A DNA stretch of 64,000 nt from the human T2T-CHM13v2.0 reference genome, Homo sapiens. Positions 43,325-60,103 of this stretch are shown here, piece by piece. Within the stretch, counting starts at the first letter, position 1. Each line of letters begins with the position of its first letter. The stretch is from the NCBI RefSeq assembly GCF_009914755.1, contig NC_060931.1. The stretch is one strand, 5' to 3'. Under the pieces are notes generated by a model that was given only the letters and a program-made list of their open reading frames with translations, had not been told where the DNA came from and did not search any database. Made by a program: the position numbers and the translations under genes.

Positions 43325-44160
43325 AAACTTAATTGTAGCAAAATATACATGTATTAGTTTGTTTTCACACTGCTATAAATAACTACCTGAGACTGGGTAA
43401 TTTATAAAGAGAAGAGGTAGAATTGACTCACAGTCCTGCATGGCTGGGGAGGCCTCAGGAAAGTTACAATCATGGCAGAAGGGTGAAGGGGAAGAAGGCA
43501 TGTCTTACATGGCATCAGGAGAGAGAGAGCAGAGGGGAAGAACTGCACACTTACCAAACAACCAGATTTCGTGAGAATTCTATCATGAAAGCAGCAAGAG
43601 GGAAATTCACCCCTTAATTCAATCACCTCCCACTAGGCCACTGCCACAACACATGGGGATTACAACTTGAGATGACATTTGGGAGGGGACCAGAGCCAAA
43701 CCATATCAATACATAACATAAAATTTAGCATCTTCTCCATTTTAAGTCTCCCGTTCAGTAAGAAGTATTATGCACATTAACATTTCTGCACACTCATCAC
43801 CATCATGCATTTCCAGAACATTTCCAGCTTGCTCAACTGGAAGCTCTTTCCCCATCAAACAATGATTCTCATTCTCCCCTTCCCCAGCCCCTGGCACCCA
43901 CCATTGTACTTCCTGTCTCCTTGAATTCTACTACTCTAGAGGCCTCATATAAGTGGAGACACACAGTGTCTGCCCTTTTGTGTGTGACTTATCTCAGCAT
44001 AATGTCTTTGAGGCTATCCATATTGTAGTATGTGTTGGAATTTCCTTCTTTTTTAAGGTAAAATAATATGACCTTATATGTATAGACCATATTATGTCTT
44101 TCCTTTCATGTGACGGACACTTGGGCTGCTCCCCCTTGTGGCTGTTATGAACAGTGCTCC
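43325..44160 (-). mobile_element. L1MB 3' end, interrupted by MSTA
   Basis: CCCCAGCCCCTGGCACCCACCATTGTACTT...CCTCATATAAGTGGA. Confidence 0.85.
43350..43708 (-). mobile_element. MSTA-like MaLR solo LTR
   Basis: TGTATTAG...CCATATCA ends; perfect TSD ATACA. Confidence 0.92.
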
Positions 44161-44257
44161 CATTTGCCACGTTCTTCTTAATGTTCAACAACTTTGTTAA
44201 AATTATTTAAATGCAATGATAGTCATCTCACCATGTAGTTCAACTTGTTTTTACAGC

Positions 44258-44500
44258 TGTGTGTGTGTGTGTGTGTGTTATAATGGGAAGAAGATGAAAT
44301 AAATGGTTATAGTTAATTTGGGAACTTTGATCAAATCCCCTTTCTTTCCATATTCCTTTCCTTTTTTCTTTTCTTAAATTTCCCTTTTCTTATCTTTTCT
44401 CTCATCTTTTACTCTTCTCTTTGCTCTTTCTTTTCTCTCACTCTTTTCTTCTCCTTTCCTTTTCTGCTCTTATTCCATTTCTTGCCCTCCTTTCCTTCCA
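44258..44500. repeat. (TG)10 microsatellite followed by CT-rich low-complexity tract
   Basis: TG run 44258-44277; polypyrimidine tract about 44340-44500. Confidence 0.9.
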
Positions 44501-46459
44501 TGTGTGCACAGTACACTGACCCAGGAAGCCGCCGTGTGCACACACACCCCAATCAACATGACTGAGGTGCTACGGTATTAGCATGAAGCAACTCATATTC
44601 CAGGGGCAGAGAGAAGATGTGAACATCCATGAATGTAACCTGAGTTGAAGTGGCCTGAATAGAAGAACAGAAGTGCAGATACGGTGCTTTAATTACTCAG
44701 TGACAGAGGTTATTTTTGGTTAGGGAGAATCTGGAAAGTCTTCATTGTAGGGCCGACAGTTGACCTGAAACCTGAGAGTCGGGCACAGTTGGGGTTTCCA
44801 ACAGGTGCAAAGATTTTCTAGGTTACAGAACCACTAGAGCAAAAAGCGCAGACATGGGACAAGCCTGCTGTCCGGTACAATGTCACATCATGATGCCATT
44901 CAGACCTCTTTTCCCAAAGATTCTAACTAGCTTTTTTAAACTTTACAGTGATATACAGAAAATGATAAATACAAGTCATCATTAAAATGGAACAATGAAA
45001 ATTACTCACTTTTCATGCACTTTGCCCTTTTCTGATTGGTTTTAGACTCGGTACATTGCAAATATTTTTCCAATTTTATCATTTGTCTTTTGTGTTTTAC
45101 ATCCTGTTGTCCTTAAGGAAATAACTGCAACAAAAGAGCAGCATCTCAGGAATTCTCACTGATGAAAATGAGTCATCCGAATTAACAAAAAGTTTGAATT
45201 ACTAACTTATTAATAGAATTTTGGTTTTATTATGTCACGCCCCTTGTGTCATCCTTGATTGCCAAACTAAGTCTTAGTAATTAGAGCTCGTTGGGAACGT
45301 GTTTTAATAAATAGATGGTGATTGTTTCATTTTTAAGTGCCAAGAAGTTCATTCTTTACTAGGCTAAATTCATCTGTAACATCTTATGTTGTTAATCAGT
45401 TTAAGGAAATATTTTACCTTTAAATAAATGTATTTTTAGCCTAATTTGTAAACAAATTATCATAAATTCTAAGTTAATGGTTTCCCAATTCTATAGTAAG
45501 GTGAAACAGTCCATATCTACCTCATTTTATTATCGTATCAGCTCAATTTTAGGCCTCCTTTTGGTTTCCATTTAAGTCATGAGAAATTTACTAAAATATC
45601 ATATTTCCTGTGATCCTGTCAGTCTTACTGGTGACTTTAAGTGAAACAATGTGTGAGAATTGTCTTTGGAAAGCAAAGTTGTTCACCCTCCCTGATCTGC
45701 TGTTGAGGAACCTCCATGCTCTTCTTAATATATGAGTATGTATCACCCTCAGTCTCCCTACAGAAATATTGCGCTTTAACACTTCCACTTTTTCCATGAC
45801 ACATCTGTCCTTGCCCCTCCTTGGCTTGGAGTTCTTTCATATCTCCCCATCATCTACAGGCTAAAGTCTGTTTGAGAGCAGAACTTTGTAGCCAAAAGGC
45901 CCATTTAAATCCTATGTCTACCACGTGAGATGCAACTTACAGGATAATCACTCATTTTCTCTCGGCATCAGCTTCCTTGTCTAGGAAGGGGGAGCAGTGT
46001 GGCTGCCCTACAGCATTGGTGGGAAGACTAATGAGAAAAGGCTCAGAAAGTCCTCAGCTGTCCCCGGGTGCAGAGTGGGCCCTCCCGAGGTGGCACACTG
46101 CCTTGACCTCCTGAGCAGTGGACAGGTTCCTCCTCCCTCCCAGGCCTGCTCAGCCAGGTCCAAGCTGCACCAGCTCCACAGGCACGCCTGCCACGCAGCC
46201 CCGTGGAAGCACCTCCTCTGTCGGCCATCAGCATGTGGGCCATGCTGCATCTCTCTCCCCAGATGTCCTTGCCCACCCTCAGATATCTCCACGCATCCCT
46301 GAAGGCTGACACTCCTCTATAGGGGGCGTTACCAGGCCCCTGCCACCCCAGGCACACTGAGAAGTGCTTTGTCCCTGCTTCCCGGACCTGGCACACAGCT
46401 CTGCTGCAGGCATTGTGTGGAAATCACAGTTCTTACCTCACACATTCCCTTGACCGCAT

Positions 46460-49300
<2,841 letters not shown>

Positions 49301-49621
49301 CCTTTCTATGTTTTATTGTTTGCTAGTTTTTGTTTGTTTTGCTGAAATAAGAATATAGCACAGAATGACAGAAAAAATTGCAAACCATATATCTGGTAAA
49401 GGTCATTGTCCATAACACATAAAGAATTTTTACCACTCAACAATAAAAAGACAAATGGCCTAATTTTAAAATGGACAAAGGATTTTAATAGGCATTTTTC
49501 CAAAGAAGATAAAAAAAACGGGCAATAAACACCTGAGAAAATGCTTAACATAATTAGCCATCAGGGAAATGCAAATCAATACCACAGTGGGGTACCTCTT
49601 TACTCTCACTAGGATGACAGG

Positions 49622-49957
<336 letters not shown>

Positions 49958-50222
49958 GACAGTTTTTTTCTTAATGGAAAATTGGAAGTGTTGGCAAGAA
50001 GTAGATACATTTTAACCCTTATACATTGTTTATAGGATTGTAAAAGGGTACAGCTGCTGTGGAAAAGAGTTTGGCATTTCCTCAAAAAGTTAAATACAGA
50101 GTTACTATATGACCTAGCAATACCACTCCTAGGTATGTATGCAAGAGAACTGAAAGCATATGTTCACTCAAAAAATGGTACACACATGTTTTTTAGCACT
50201 CATGAAATACTGCTATGTGGTA

Positions 50223-50641
50223 TGTGATGGTTTGGATGTTTGTCCCTTCCAAGCCTCAAGTTGAAATTTGATCTCCCGTGTTGGAGGTGGGGCCTCATGG
50301 GAGGTGTTTGGGTCACGGAAGTGGGTCCCTCATGAACAGATTAGTACTCTCCCTTGGGAGTGAGTTCTTGCCCTATTGGTTCCTGAGAGAGCTGGTTGTT
50401 AAAAAAGAGCCTTGCACCTCCTAGACTCTGTCTTGCTTTCTCTCTGGCCATGTAATCTTCGCACACGAGACACCCCTTCCCCTTCCACCATGAGTGGAAG
50501 CAGCCTGAGGCCCTCACCACATGCAGACGTCCAATCTTGAACTTCCCAGCCATCAGAATTGTGAGCCAACTACACCTCTTTTCTTTATAAACCACCCAGT
50601 CTCAGGTATTCTGTTAAAGTAACACAAAACAGACTGAGATG
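50223..50641 (+). mobile_element. MSTB-like MaLR solo LTR
   Basis: TGTGATGGTTTGGATGTTTGTCCC start; perfect TSD TGGTA. Confidence 0.9.
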
Positions 50642-50927
50642 TGGTACAAGATAGATGAACCTTGAAAACATTATGCTGAGTGAAAGAAGCTAGACACAAA
50701 GACCCACATACTGCATGAATCAGTTTATATGAAATGTGCAAAATACACAAATCTATAGAGACAGAAAGTAGAGTAGTAGTTCCCAGGGGCTGTGGGGAGA
50801 GGGGCAATGGAAAGTGAGTGCTGAAGAGTATAGGATTTCCTTTTGGAGTGGAAAAAATACTCTGGAACTAGGAAGTGCTACACAACCTGGTGAATATAAT
50901 ATAATATAAATATTCTGTAATGAAACT

Positions 50928-51214
50928 AGCCTGGTGCAGTGACTCACACCTGTAATGCACTTTGGGAGGCTGAGGTGGGAGGATCGCTTGAGTCCAGGAG
51001 TTCAAGAGCAGCCTGAGCAGCAGGGCAAGACCCTGTCTCTACAAGAAATGTATAAAAATTAGCAGACATGGTGGTGCACACTTGTAGTCACAGCTACTCA
51101 GAAGGCTGATGTGGAGGATGGCTTCAGCCCGGAAGATCAAGGCTGCAGTGGGCTACGATAACACCACTTCACTCCAGCCTGAGAGACAGAGTGAAACCAT
51201 GTATCTAAAAAAAA
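50928..51214 (+). mobile_element. AluJ
   Basis: J-type right arm GGATGGCTTCAGCCCGGAAGATCAAGGCTGCAGTG. Confidence 0.92.
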
Positions 51215-51223
51215 TTAATAATA

Positions 51224-51540
<317 letters not shown>

Positions 51541-52144
51541 TTATCTGTGTATTTTACAGTCGTAACTTTTATGATATATGAATTATATCTCAATAAAAAT
51601 ACAATCATTTTTAAAGTATAATCAGCACCTTTTTTTTTTCCAATTCATATCCTGGAAATCAGCCCACATCAGTTCATAGATAACTTCACCATTTTTTTTA
51701 TTTTTTAAATAGCTACTACGTGTTTGTTATACCACGGTTTATTCTGTCAGTCTCCTATATGGACATTTAAACGACTTTCACTATTTTTCTATTATAAGTA
51801 ATGCCGCAATGAATATTTGTGCATTATTTTTGTATCACTGGAGGTAATGTTACTCTCATTCTTGAATGATAGTCTGGATGTATATAAAACTCTAGGTTGA
51901 TATTTCACTTTCTTTCAATCCTTTGACACTTTTGTTACATTTTATTTTAGGCTTTTTATTTTTCTGGTAAGAAATCTGCTTTCAGTATAATTATTCTATT
52001 GTGGATAATCTTTCCCTATGGTTTTTAGGGTTGTTTTTTCCTTATCTTTGCTGTCTACAGTTTCACTAGGTAGTTATTTTCTCCTGTTTAAGAATCATTA
52101 TGTTTCTTGTTTCTTTAGAATCATGTCCTTTATCAATTCCAAAG

Positions 52145-52435
52145 TTTTTTTTTTAGAGGAACGTTCTTGCTCTGTTGTCCAGGCTGGAGTGCAGTGGCAC
52201 AATCACTCACTGTAACCCCGAACTCCTGGGTTCAAGCAATCTTCTAGACTCAGCCTCCTGAGTAGCAAGGACCACAAACACATGCCACTATCCCTGGCTA
52301 ATTAAAAAAAAAAATGTGGAGATAAGTGTCTTGCTATGTTGCCCAGGCTGGTCTTGAACTCTTGGCCTCAAGCGATCCTCCCACCTCAGCCTCCCAAAGT
52401 GCTGAGATTGCAGGTATGAGCCACTGTACCTGGCC
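52145..52435 (-). mobile_element. AluJ
   Basis: Diverged dimer, CTTGGCCTCAAGCGATCCTCCCACC. Confidence 0.9.
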
Positions 52436-52884
52436 TCAGTTTCAAAATTCTTAGCCTTATTTTTTCTGAATATTTCTTTTTTTCACTTGTTTTGGTCTCC
52501 TTCTAGAACTCCGATTTAAGCATATTTGCATCTTCTCATTTTGCCTTATTTTCTCTTCCCATTCATCGTTTCTGTCTCTCTTTGCTACATTCTGGAAACT
52601 TTCCTCAATCTCTTTTTCATTCAGTTATTTTCTCTTTAGCTTTGTCTTACCTGATGTTTGTCCTCACCTTTGAGTTTTTAATTCCAATGACTATATTTTT
52701 CATTTGTGTTTCCATTTGCTACTCTTCAAATCCACCTTTTCATCGTGTTCTATTATTTTGTTAGAACTTTAATTATTTTATGTTTAATCATTTTTAACTT
52801 ATTTTGTAGTGTCTCCCAAATTATTGTAGTAAGTTCAGGGGTGGAAATTCTGTTTCAGAACATACTAATCTTTACAATGGTGGC

Positions 52885-52894
52885 TGTATGCGTA

Positions 52895-52927
<33 letters not shown>

Positions 52928-52941
52928 CAGAGAGCGCGCGA
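52885..52941. repeat. Compound (TG)n(AG)n microsatellite
   Basis: TGTGTGTG...GAGAGAGAG...GCGCGCG. Confidence 0.9.
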
Positions 52942-53094
52942 GTGCAGGAGCTCATCTTCATTAATTGTTACATTCATGGAACGCTCATGCTCCCTGAACT
53001 GTGCCTTACCATCAAATGGTTTCACCTCTGCTTGTGCTATTGTCCTGCTGGTTTCAATGGTTTAGAGCTGGTTTAAATTAATTTTTCAGATTAA

Positions 53095-53440
<346 letters not shown>

Positions 53441-53629
53441 TCTGTGTCTTTTTTGATCTCCTTTCTAGCGCATGCTGTCTTCTTTTCTCCATCAAGCTTA
53501 CCTTTTCATTTAAAATTTCCTTCTTATATTTCACCTAGAATCTTACGTCCTTGTAGCAGGAATAGGGTCTGAGCCAGTGTATTCTAATATGTTGCTAAAA
53601 TCAGATATATTTAAATATATTCTCTCTTT

Positions 53630-54175
53630 TTTTATTATGAAGATTTGTCTCTATCTGTAAAACTTAAAACTTGCCATTTTAGCCATGCAACTTAGTAGCA
53701 TTAATTACATGCACATTGTTGTGTAAACATCCTGCATATCTATTTCAAAAATGTTTTATCACCCAAACAGAAGCTCTGTACCTATTAACTCCTCTATTCC
53801 CACCTCCCCTTTCGCCACTGGTAGCTGCTTTTCTGCCTAGTGTCTCTGTGAATTTGCATATTCGAAATATTTCACATATTCGTCCTTTTGTGTCTGGCTT
53901 ATTTTACTTACCGTAATGTTTGTAAGGATTGTCTACATTGTAGCATGTGTCAAAAACTCATTGCTTTTTGTGGCTGAACACTATTTCATTATCTGACATA
54001 CCACACTCTATGTATCCACTTGCCCGTTCATGTACATATAGGTTGTTTCTGCCTATTGGCTCTTGTGAATAATGCTGCAGTGAACATTCGTGTACAAGTA
54101 TCTGTTCGAGTCTCTATGTTCAGTTCCCTGGGATATATCCCTAAGAGTGCGATTACTGAATCTTATAGCAACTTT
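53630..54175 (-). mobile_element. L1MB 3' end
   Basis: GTCCTTTTGTGTCTGGCTTATTT, GTGAATAATGCTGCAGTGAACATT. Confidence 0.85.
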
Positions 54176-57100
54176 GCGTTTTTAAAACAGACTCTTACCA
54201 AAATGAAATAAATCACAAAGGTGTAGCACCGCAACAGCAGAGGTGGTGAGGGTCTTACATCATCCCTCATCTGTTTAGGTTAACATATATGATATTCAAA
54301 ATTAAGAGCAAACTGCTTAGTCCTAGAACTGCCCAGTTCTTGTTTCTTATTGCTCAGCTGTGTACACCATGTCTACCCAGTGTGAGTTTCAGTGGAACTA
54401 GAATACTTTGATTGAGCAAGGGCTTGTGTGTGTATTGTTTACTTTTAAAAACATTGTTTCAAGAGGGTTTTTTGTTGTTGTTGTTGGCTTGGGGCTTGGG
54501 GGTGATACTGAACCAATACTCATTCCTGCTTTGATACATTGTTTCCTGAGCCTTCTCATCTCTTCTCTGCGGCTTAGCTTTCATTATTTAACAAACATTT
54601 ATTGAGTGCCCGTAATGTGCTGGCTTCTGTGATACACACAGAGAAAATTAACCCTGGAGTAACGTGCTGAGGGCTGCGGTACAGGAAAGCACAGAATGGG
54701 CCGTGCGCATAACCCGGATGAGCGCCTTGTGTCCCGCTCACTTTGCGCGTTGGGCTGCAAACAGTGAACACTCACTGAAGTTCTGTCATGGGATGGAAAA
54801 TTCATTGCACAAATGCAAGTGGAAGCAGGGAGGGCAGGATTCTTGGGAATGACGCCAGATCCAGGAGACGATCAGCTTGGTCTCATTCCCCACCACGAAC
54901 CTCGTGTCCCGACAGCGTCGACACATCCCTTCATACACGGCTGGCCAGATGCTCACCCGCAGTCCACTCAGCGGTCCACTCAGCTGCGTCCAGGATTGCT
55001 GGGTCATTTGGAAACTGCATAGAGATTCATAGGCAGCTTCCCCTAAAAAGGGTGATATTCTGATGCTTAGCCCATCTGGTACAGCCACCATTCATCTCTT
55101 CCTTCCTTCCTTTAAATATTCCGCAAGTACTCATCTCAACCTCTTCTCACACCTAAGCCTATCCTGATAATTGTCTTTTCCTCCAAATCCTCTTTAATAT
55201 ATTTTTCATGTCAAAGGGGAAATCATCTTCTTTTGTAAGAGAATACATGATAAATTTATTTTCCCTGTGTCTCCCGGATGTCTAGAGCGGGAGTCAGGAA
55301 AAGGAAGCATTTTTGGGGGGACTTAGGAGGAAAGAATTCATTTTTTTTTTTTTTTGGTACCTTAGAATACAGAGACAGTGATCCACATTAGAAAGGTATG
55401 GGTTGGACTCTCCTACTTCCCTAGGATGTTTCTTCTACCAGTGTGGGTGACACTGGAGTTGGGGTGGGCCATCAGGAGATGGAGGTGAGCCTGCCCCGGA
55501 TGGCTGCCCCCTGCTCAAGTGAGCCAGGGTGGGAGGAGATGAGGAAGACAGCCCCTCTGGCTGTGCCTTTTGGCCCCCTTTTCTCTCAGTTGCCCTAAAA
55601 GTTATTTATTCCTGGAGTTGGCTTTAGAAATAAATAGGAAGTATCTTGGCATAAGTCAGAGAAGGGTCCAAGGCAGACCATCTTCAGACGCAGTGAGACC
55701 CTCATCCTCTACTCCATCATACACCTGTTTTCCATTACGGAGTTCTGCTGTCCTCTAGTTCAGCTCTGCTCTCCAGCAGGCTCTCTCGGGTGGTGACCAG
55801 ATGGCCGCCAATAACTCCAGACTTAAATCCTGCCTGGGCTGCGGGGCGGACACCCCATCTACTGTGCAGGCACTGCTGTTGGCTCCTGTGGAGCAGCTGT
55901 GGAGCAGGGGTGGGTGGAGTAGCCTCTGCCCATCCTGAGGGACCTCCTCCGTCCTCCAGTTGTGGCCTCTGCTCAGGTTCATATGGCCACACAGCAACAC
56001 TGTCTACCTTTTATGCTTCTGCTGATCCCTACCTCTCCCAAAGACAGTAAGCTCGGGAAAAGGGGACAGTGACGGTGTTAGTGACCCCACCACACCCACT
56101 ACAGTGTTGAGCACTCATCACATGTGTGTCCGTGGAGCTGGCCTATATGCGCTCTCCAGTATGAGGCTGTATTATGTCTAAGGATACACAAATACACGGC
56201 TTTAAAGTAGGAATATTTTTTAATTTACTACAAAGAAGCTCAGGGATTAAAGAACCATCCGTCTCTTAATTCTCATGGTCGATGGCTTTATCTTTTTGCA
56301 TAGCGTGCTTGCCTAAAGCGAGGCACCTCTTCATATATAAATCAGCCTTTTTTTGAATAAAAGTTAAATACAACAGGATGGAAATGCAGCTTTGAAAACC
56401 TATAATGAGCAGGAGGGATTATTATGCATCTACACCCCGGGGAAGTGAATATTTCATGTTAGAAAAAGTAGAGGCCAAGGGCAAGGTTCATTTAAAATGT
56501 ATAAAGATAATAAAAGCGCTCATGGATGGAAAGGCCATCTGAAAGGACTGTTCACTTTTTGGAGAGGCTGATGTGGAATCATTGTGTTTCTTTGCAGGGG
56601 GAAAAAGAAAAAGTCCTGTGTGCGAATGGCCCCCTGCGTGGTGCTGCGTCAGCAGACAGGAGCATTATTTTCCCCTGGAATGTGCAGCGCTTGGTGCCTC
56701 TGTTCTCTCTGTAGTGCACAGAGCCAAGCAGAGAGAGAGGCTGAGCGTTTCAAAGAGAGACAAAACAAAAACAGATTATTCTGCTGTGCTGCCACATCAC
56801 CACAGCACAATACTCTGTTCAAAATTGTCTCTTGTCAGGCACATTCTTCAAACAGTATTATGTGTACAAAGACTCTCTGTGTTGGAGAATTTGCATGTGT
56901 AGGGAAAATAGCTGCATAGTGCGGAATATTTCCTGAAGAGGCCAGATTTCTGTGTGTGTATGTGTGTGCCGGGCATCTGTGTCCTTAGCATTTTGGAAGG
57001 TGCCTGAGCTTTCGGAGGTCACCAAAAAGTACTGAGTCATCGTGCCATTCGGTTACCTTCGGCGCTACCATCCTAGTCTGAAGCTTTTACAGGCCTCTAA

Positions 57101-57825
57101 GAAGGTCTTCCTGAGACCCCAGTCTTGTTTTTTGCATAAGTACGCTGCCCAGGCTCCGGTGATTGACAGGTGTAGAATGGGACGTCCTCCTTTCCCAGTT
57201 GCATGATACATAGTGTTCAGTGTTAATTTCTGGAATTCAGGTCACTTGAAAGGCCAATTCTTGGGCCTTTCTGCCTGAATGGCTGATGATTCCTCTCCTT
57301 GCATCCCTCGTGATCAATTATCCAGAAAAACTGATTATTCAGATTGTTAAATCCCCAGTTAGTCCGGATAATCGGCATTCTGTTGTATCCCATAAATGTG
57401 GCCCACGCTGTGGAGCAGGGTGGGCCTCTTCCTGGGGCCCTGTGGCTCCTCTCTCCCCAAGCTCAGGCGTGCTGCTCTGTCTCCCGCTGCCTGCTCTTCT
57501 GGGCATTCCGCTCTCCTCCAGCGCCACTGATGCACAGCCTTTCCAAGAGGGTGGCCTTGCCTCTGGGTCAGCTCTCCATTTTGGGGGGACTAGGGTGGCC
57601 CGGCTGGAGGCCTCTGCAGTCTTTGTAACTGGGACAAAAGTTGAAAGGACACATAAAAAAAATTACAGATAAACCTGAAGGCACATGTGCTCACATGGCT
57701 GCTGTGGCTGTGGGATTGTTCCTTCTGCCTGTGAAATGGCTGAATTTAAAACCCATGCTTCTTTGTCCTCTAGATCCTGTACCCCCACTTTAGGAAGGGG
57801 CAGCAATCAGAATTAGGCAGCCTAC

Positions 57826-58164
57826 TGTCTTTGTTGGGGGGCTGTAACAAAGTGCCATAGACAGAGTGGCTTGTCAGCAACAGAAACTTACTGCTCACAG
57901 TTCTGGAGGCTGTGAAGTCCAAGACCAAGGCACCAGCACATTCGGTGTCTGGTGAGGGCTCATTTCTTGGTTTGCTGTGTCCTCACATGGCGGAAAGGGC
58001 AGACGGGCTTCCTCAGGCTACCTGAGGAAGGGCACTAATCCCATTCACAAGGGCTCTGCCCTCCTGATCCATTCTCCTCCCCAGAGCTCCACCTCTTAAT
58101 GCTATGACCTTGGGTAGCAGGTTTCAACATATGAATTTTGGGAGGACACATTCAAACCACATCA
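57826..58164 (-). mobile_element. MLT1A0-like solo LTR
   Basis: CTCACAGTTCTGGAGGCTG...AAGTCCAAGACCAAGG; TSD CCTAC/CCTGC. Confidence 0.88.
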
Positions 58165-58219
58165 CCTGCCCAAGGTCTTACAGCCGGTGGTAGCCCAGGC
58201 CAGCCATCTCTTTACTGTA

Positions 58220-58720
58220 CCCATTTTGTCTCTAGTTCTGTATTAGGTGTTGGAGGAGGGAGGTCACACAGATGTGAAAATGAGTCAGCTGAACAAGGAG
58301 CAGGCCCTGCCCTGGAGGAGCTTAAGGGGAAATTATAAATTTCCCTCAGTAGTGAATCATGCTATAATCTAGTGCAGGGTGCAAATATGTGACCTGAGGG
58401 AGCTGGATAAAGTACTCACCTTGCTGTGGAGACGTTTGACTTGCACCTGGAAGGATGACTCAGAGCAGAGATGAGGTGGGGGAGGGCATTCTAGGGAAGG
58501 GGCCAACTTGAGCAAGAGCTTGTAGGTGCGGGGGCGTGCAGGGCAAGGGGGCCCTGTTCACTTAGAACAAAGGATCGGCCAAGGAAGTCTGGGAAACAAA
58601 CCAAACTACAGAGGAGCTTGAGCAGAGTCGAAGTTTATTTTGTTCCCTCGTTGAAGGTTTAAAGCCGAGGAGCTACGTGATGAGCGCTGTGTTTTAGGAA
58701 GAGGACTCCGTAATAGAGAG
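58220..58720 (-). mobile_element. L2 fragment
   Basis: GGCCCTGCCCTGGAGGAGCTTA, GAGGGCATTCTAGGGAAGGGG. Confidence 0.6.
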
Positions 58721-59784
58721 GATGAGCCAGTGGATCCATTTCTAAATGTGTTTCTTAGGCTATAGGAGGAGGAGCTTTCTTTATTTATTCCAAAATTTGC
58801 TTTCAGATGCTAATGCGTGTATTGTGAACTCTGAGAAGAGAGAGTTCCAAAATGTATTTGACCACAAAACCTCTTTTTCACGGTAACTGGTGCACAGTAG
58901 GCACTCAGTGTTTTTGCATGACCAAATAAGCAAGTACAACACCAGCGTGCCACAGAGTGTGGTTCAAGAAACATTGCATTCTGTGAGGCGCTGAAGCAAG
59001 AAGAAAGGCCAGTGAGAGGCTTTGATATTTATCCGGGGAAGAGGTACTGATTGCTCAAGCTAAGCTTCAGTGGACTGAAGATAGGGAAGCCAACCACCCA
59101 CAACTCCTCCAAATACCTCCCTCTCCCAGGCAGGCATGGCTGGGGCACCCGCTTCTGGGCTCTCCTGCCCCCTGGGCCCACCCCACGGATGGCTTTTCAT
59201 GCATTTACTTATCATTCTCCTCTGGCAGAGACCGGCACGGTCTGGCCCGTGGGGGCTCAAGACAGTTGACAGAAGGAAGAGGAAGGAGACCTAAGGGACT
59301 TGGCAGCTGGGTGGAGAAGAAGACCCGATTTCTTTATTTATACATGGACTTGCTTGAAAAAGATTTCTAGTCCTTAACCAAAAAAAAGTGCAGTGACCTT
59401 TCCACTACGACATCTGTTCCCACGAGATGCAAGTCACAGTTTTCATGTAAGGGCTCAAAGCAACCGTGGAGGGCCGAAGGCAAGCAAGATGTGGATCAGG
59501 CTCTTGTTTTTCTCTTCTCTTCATCTTCCCCTCCCCTTCTAAAGTGAGAGCTTGTGATTAAGGAGGGTTTAATGACAGGGAAAACAGTTAAAATGAAGAA
59601 GGAGTTGCCTGAAGGAAGCATCTGGGAGGTGGGCAGAGCAAGGGGTACCGGGGGCCCTGCCATGAAGCCTTCAGGGCATCGGTATGGAAATGCCTCCAGC
59701 TCCTGGCTCGCGCTAAGCGTACCTGGTTCTCTAGATGGCTCCCGGTCTTCTTGCCTCCTGGCCCTTCCCTCTCCCCTCCTCTGA

Positions 59785-60103
<319 letters not shown>

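Noticed and set aside
57283-57335. TGATGA...CTGA C/D-box-like pair
   Set aside because: Only about 50 nt, imperfect C box and no terminal stem; expected by chance
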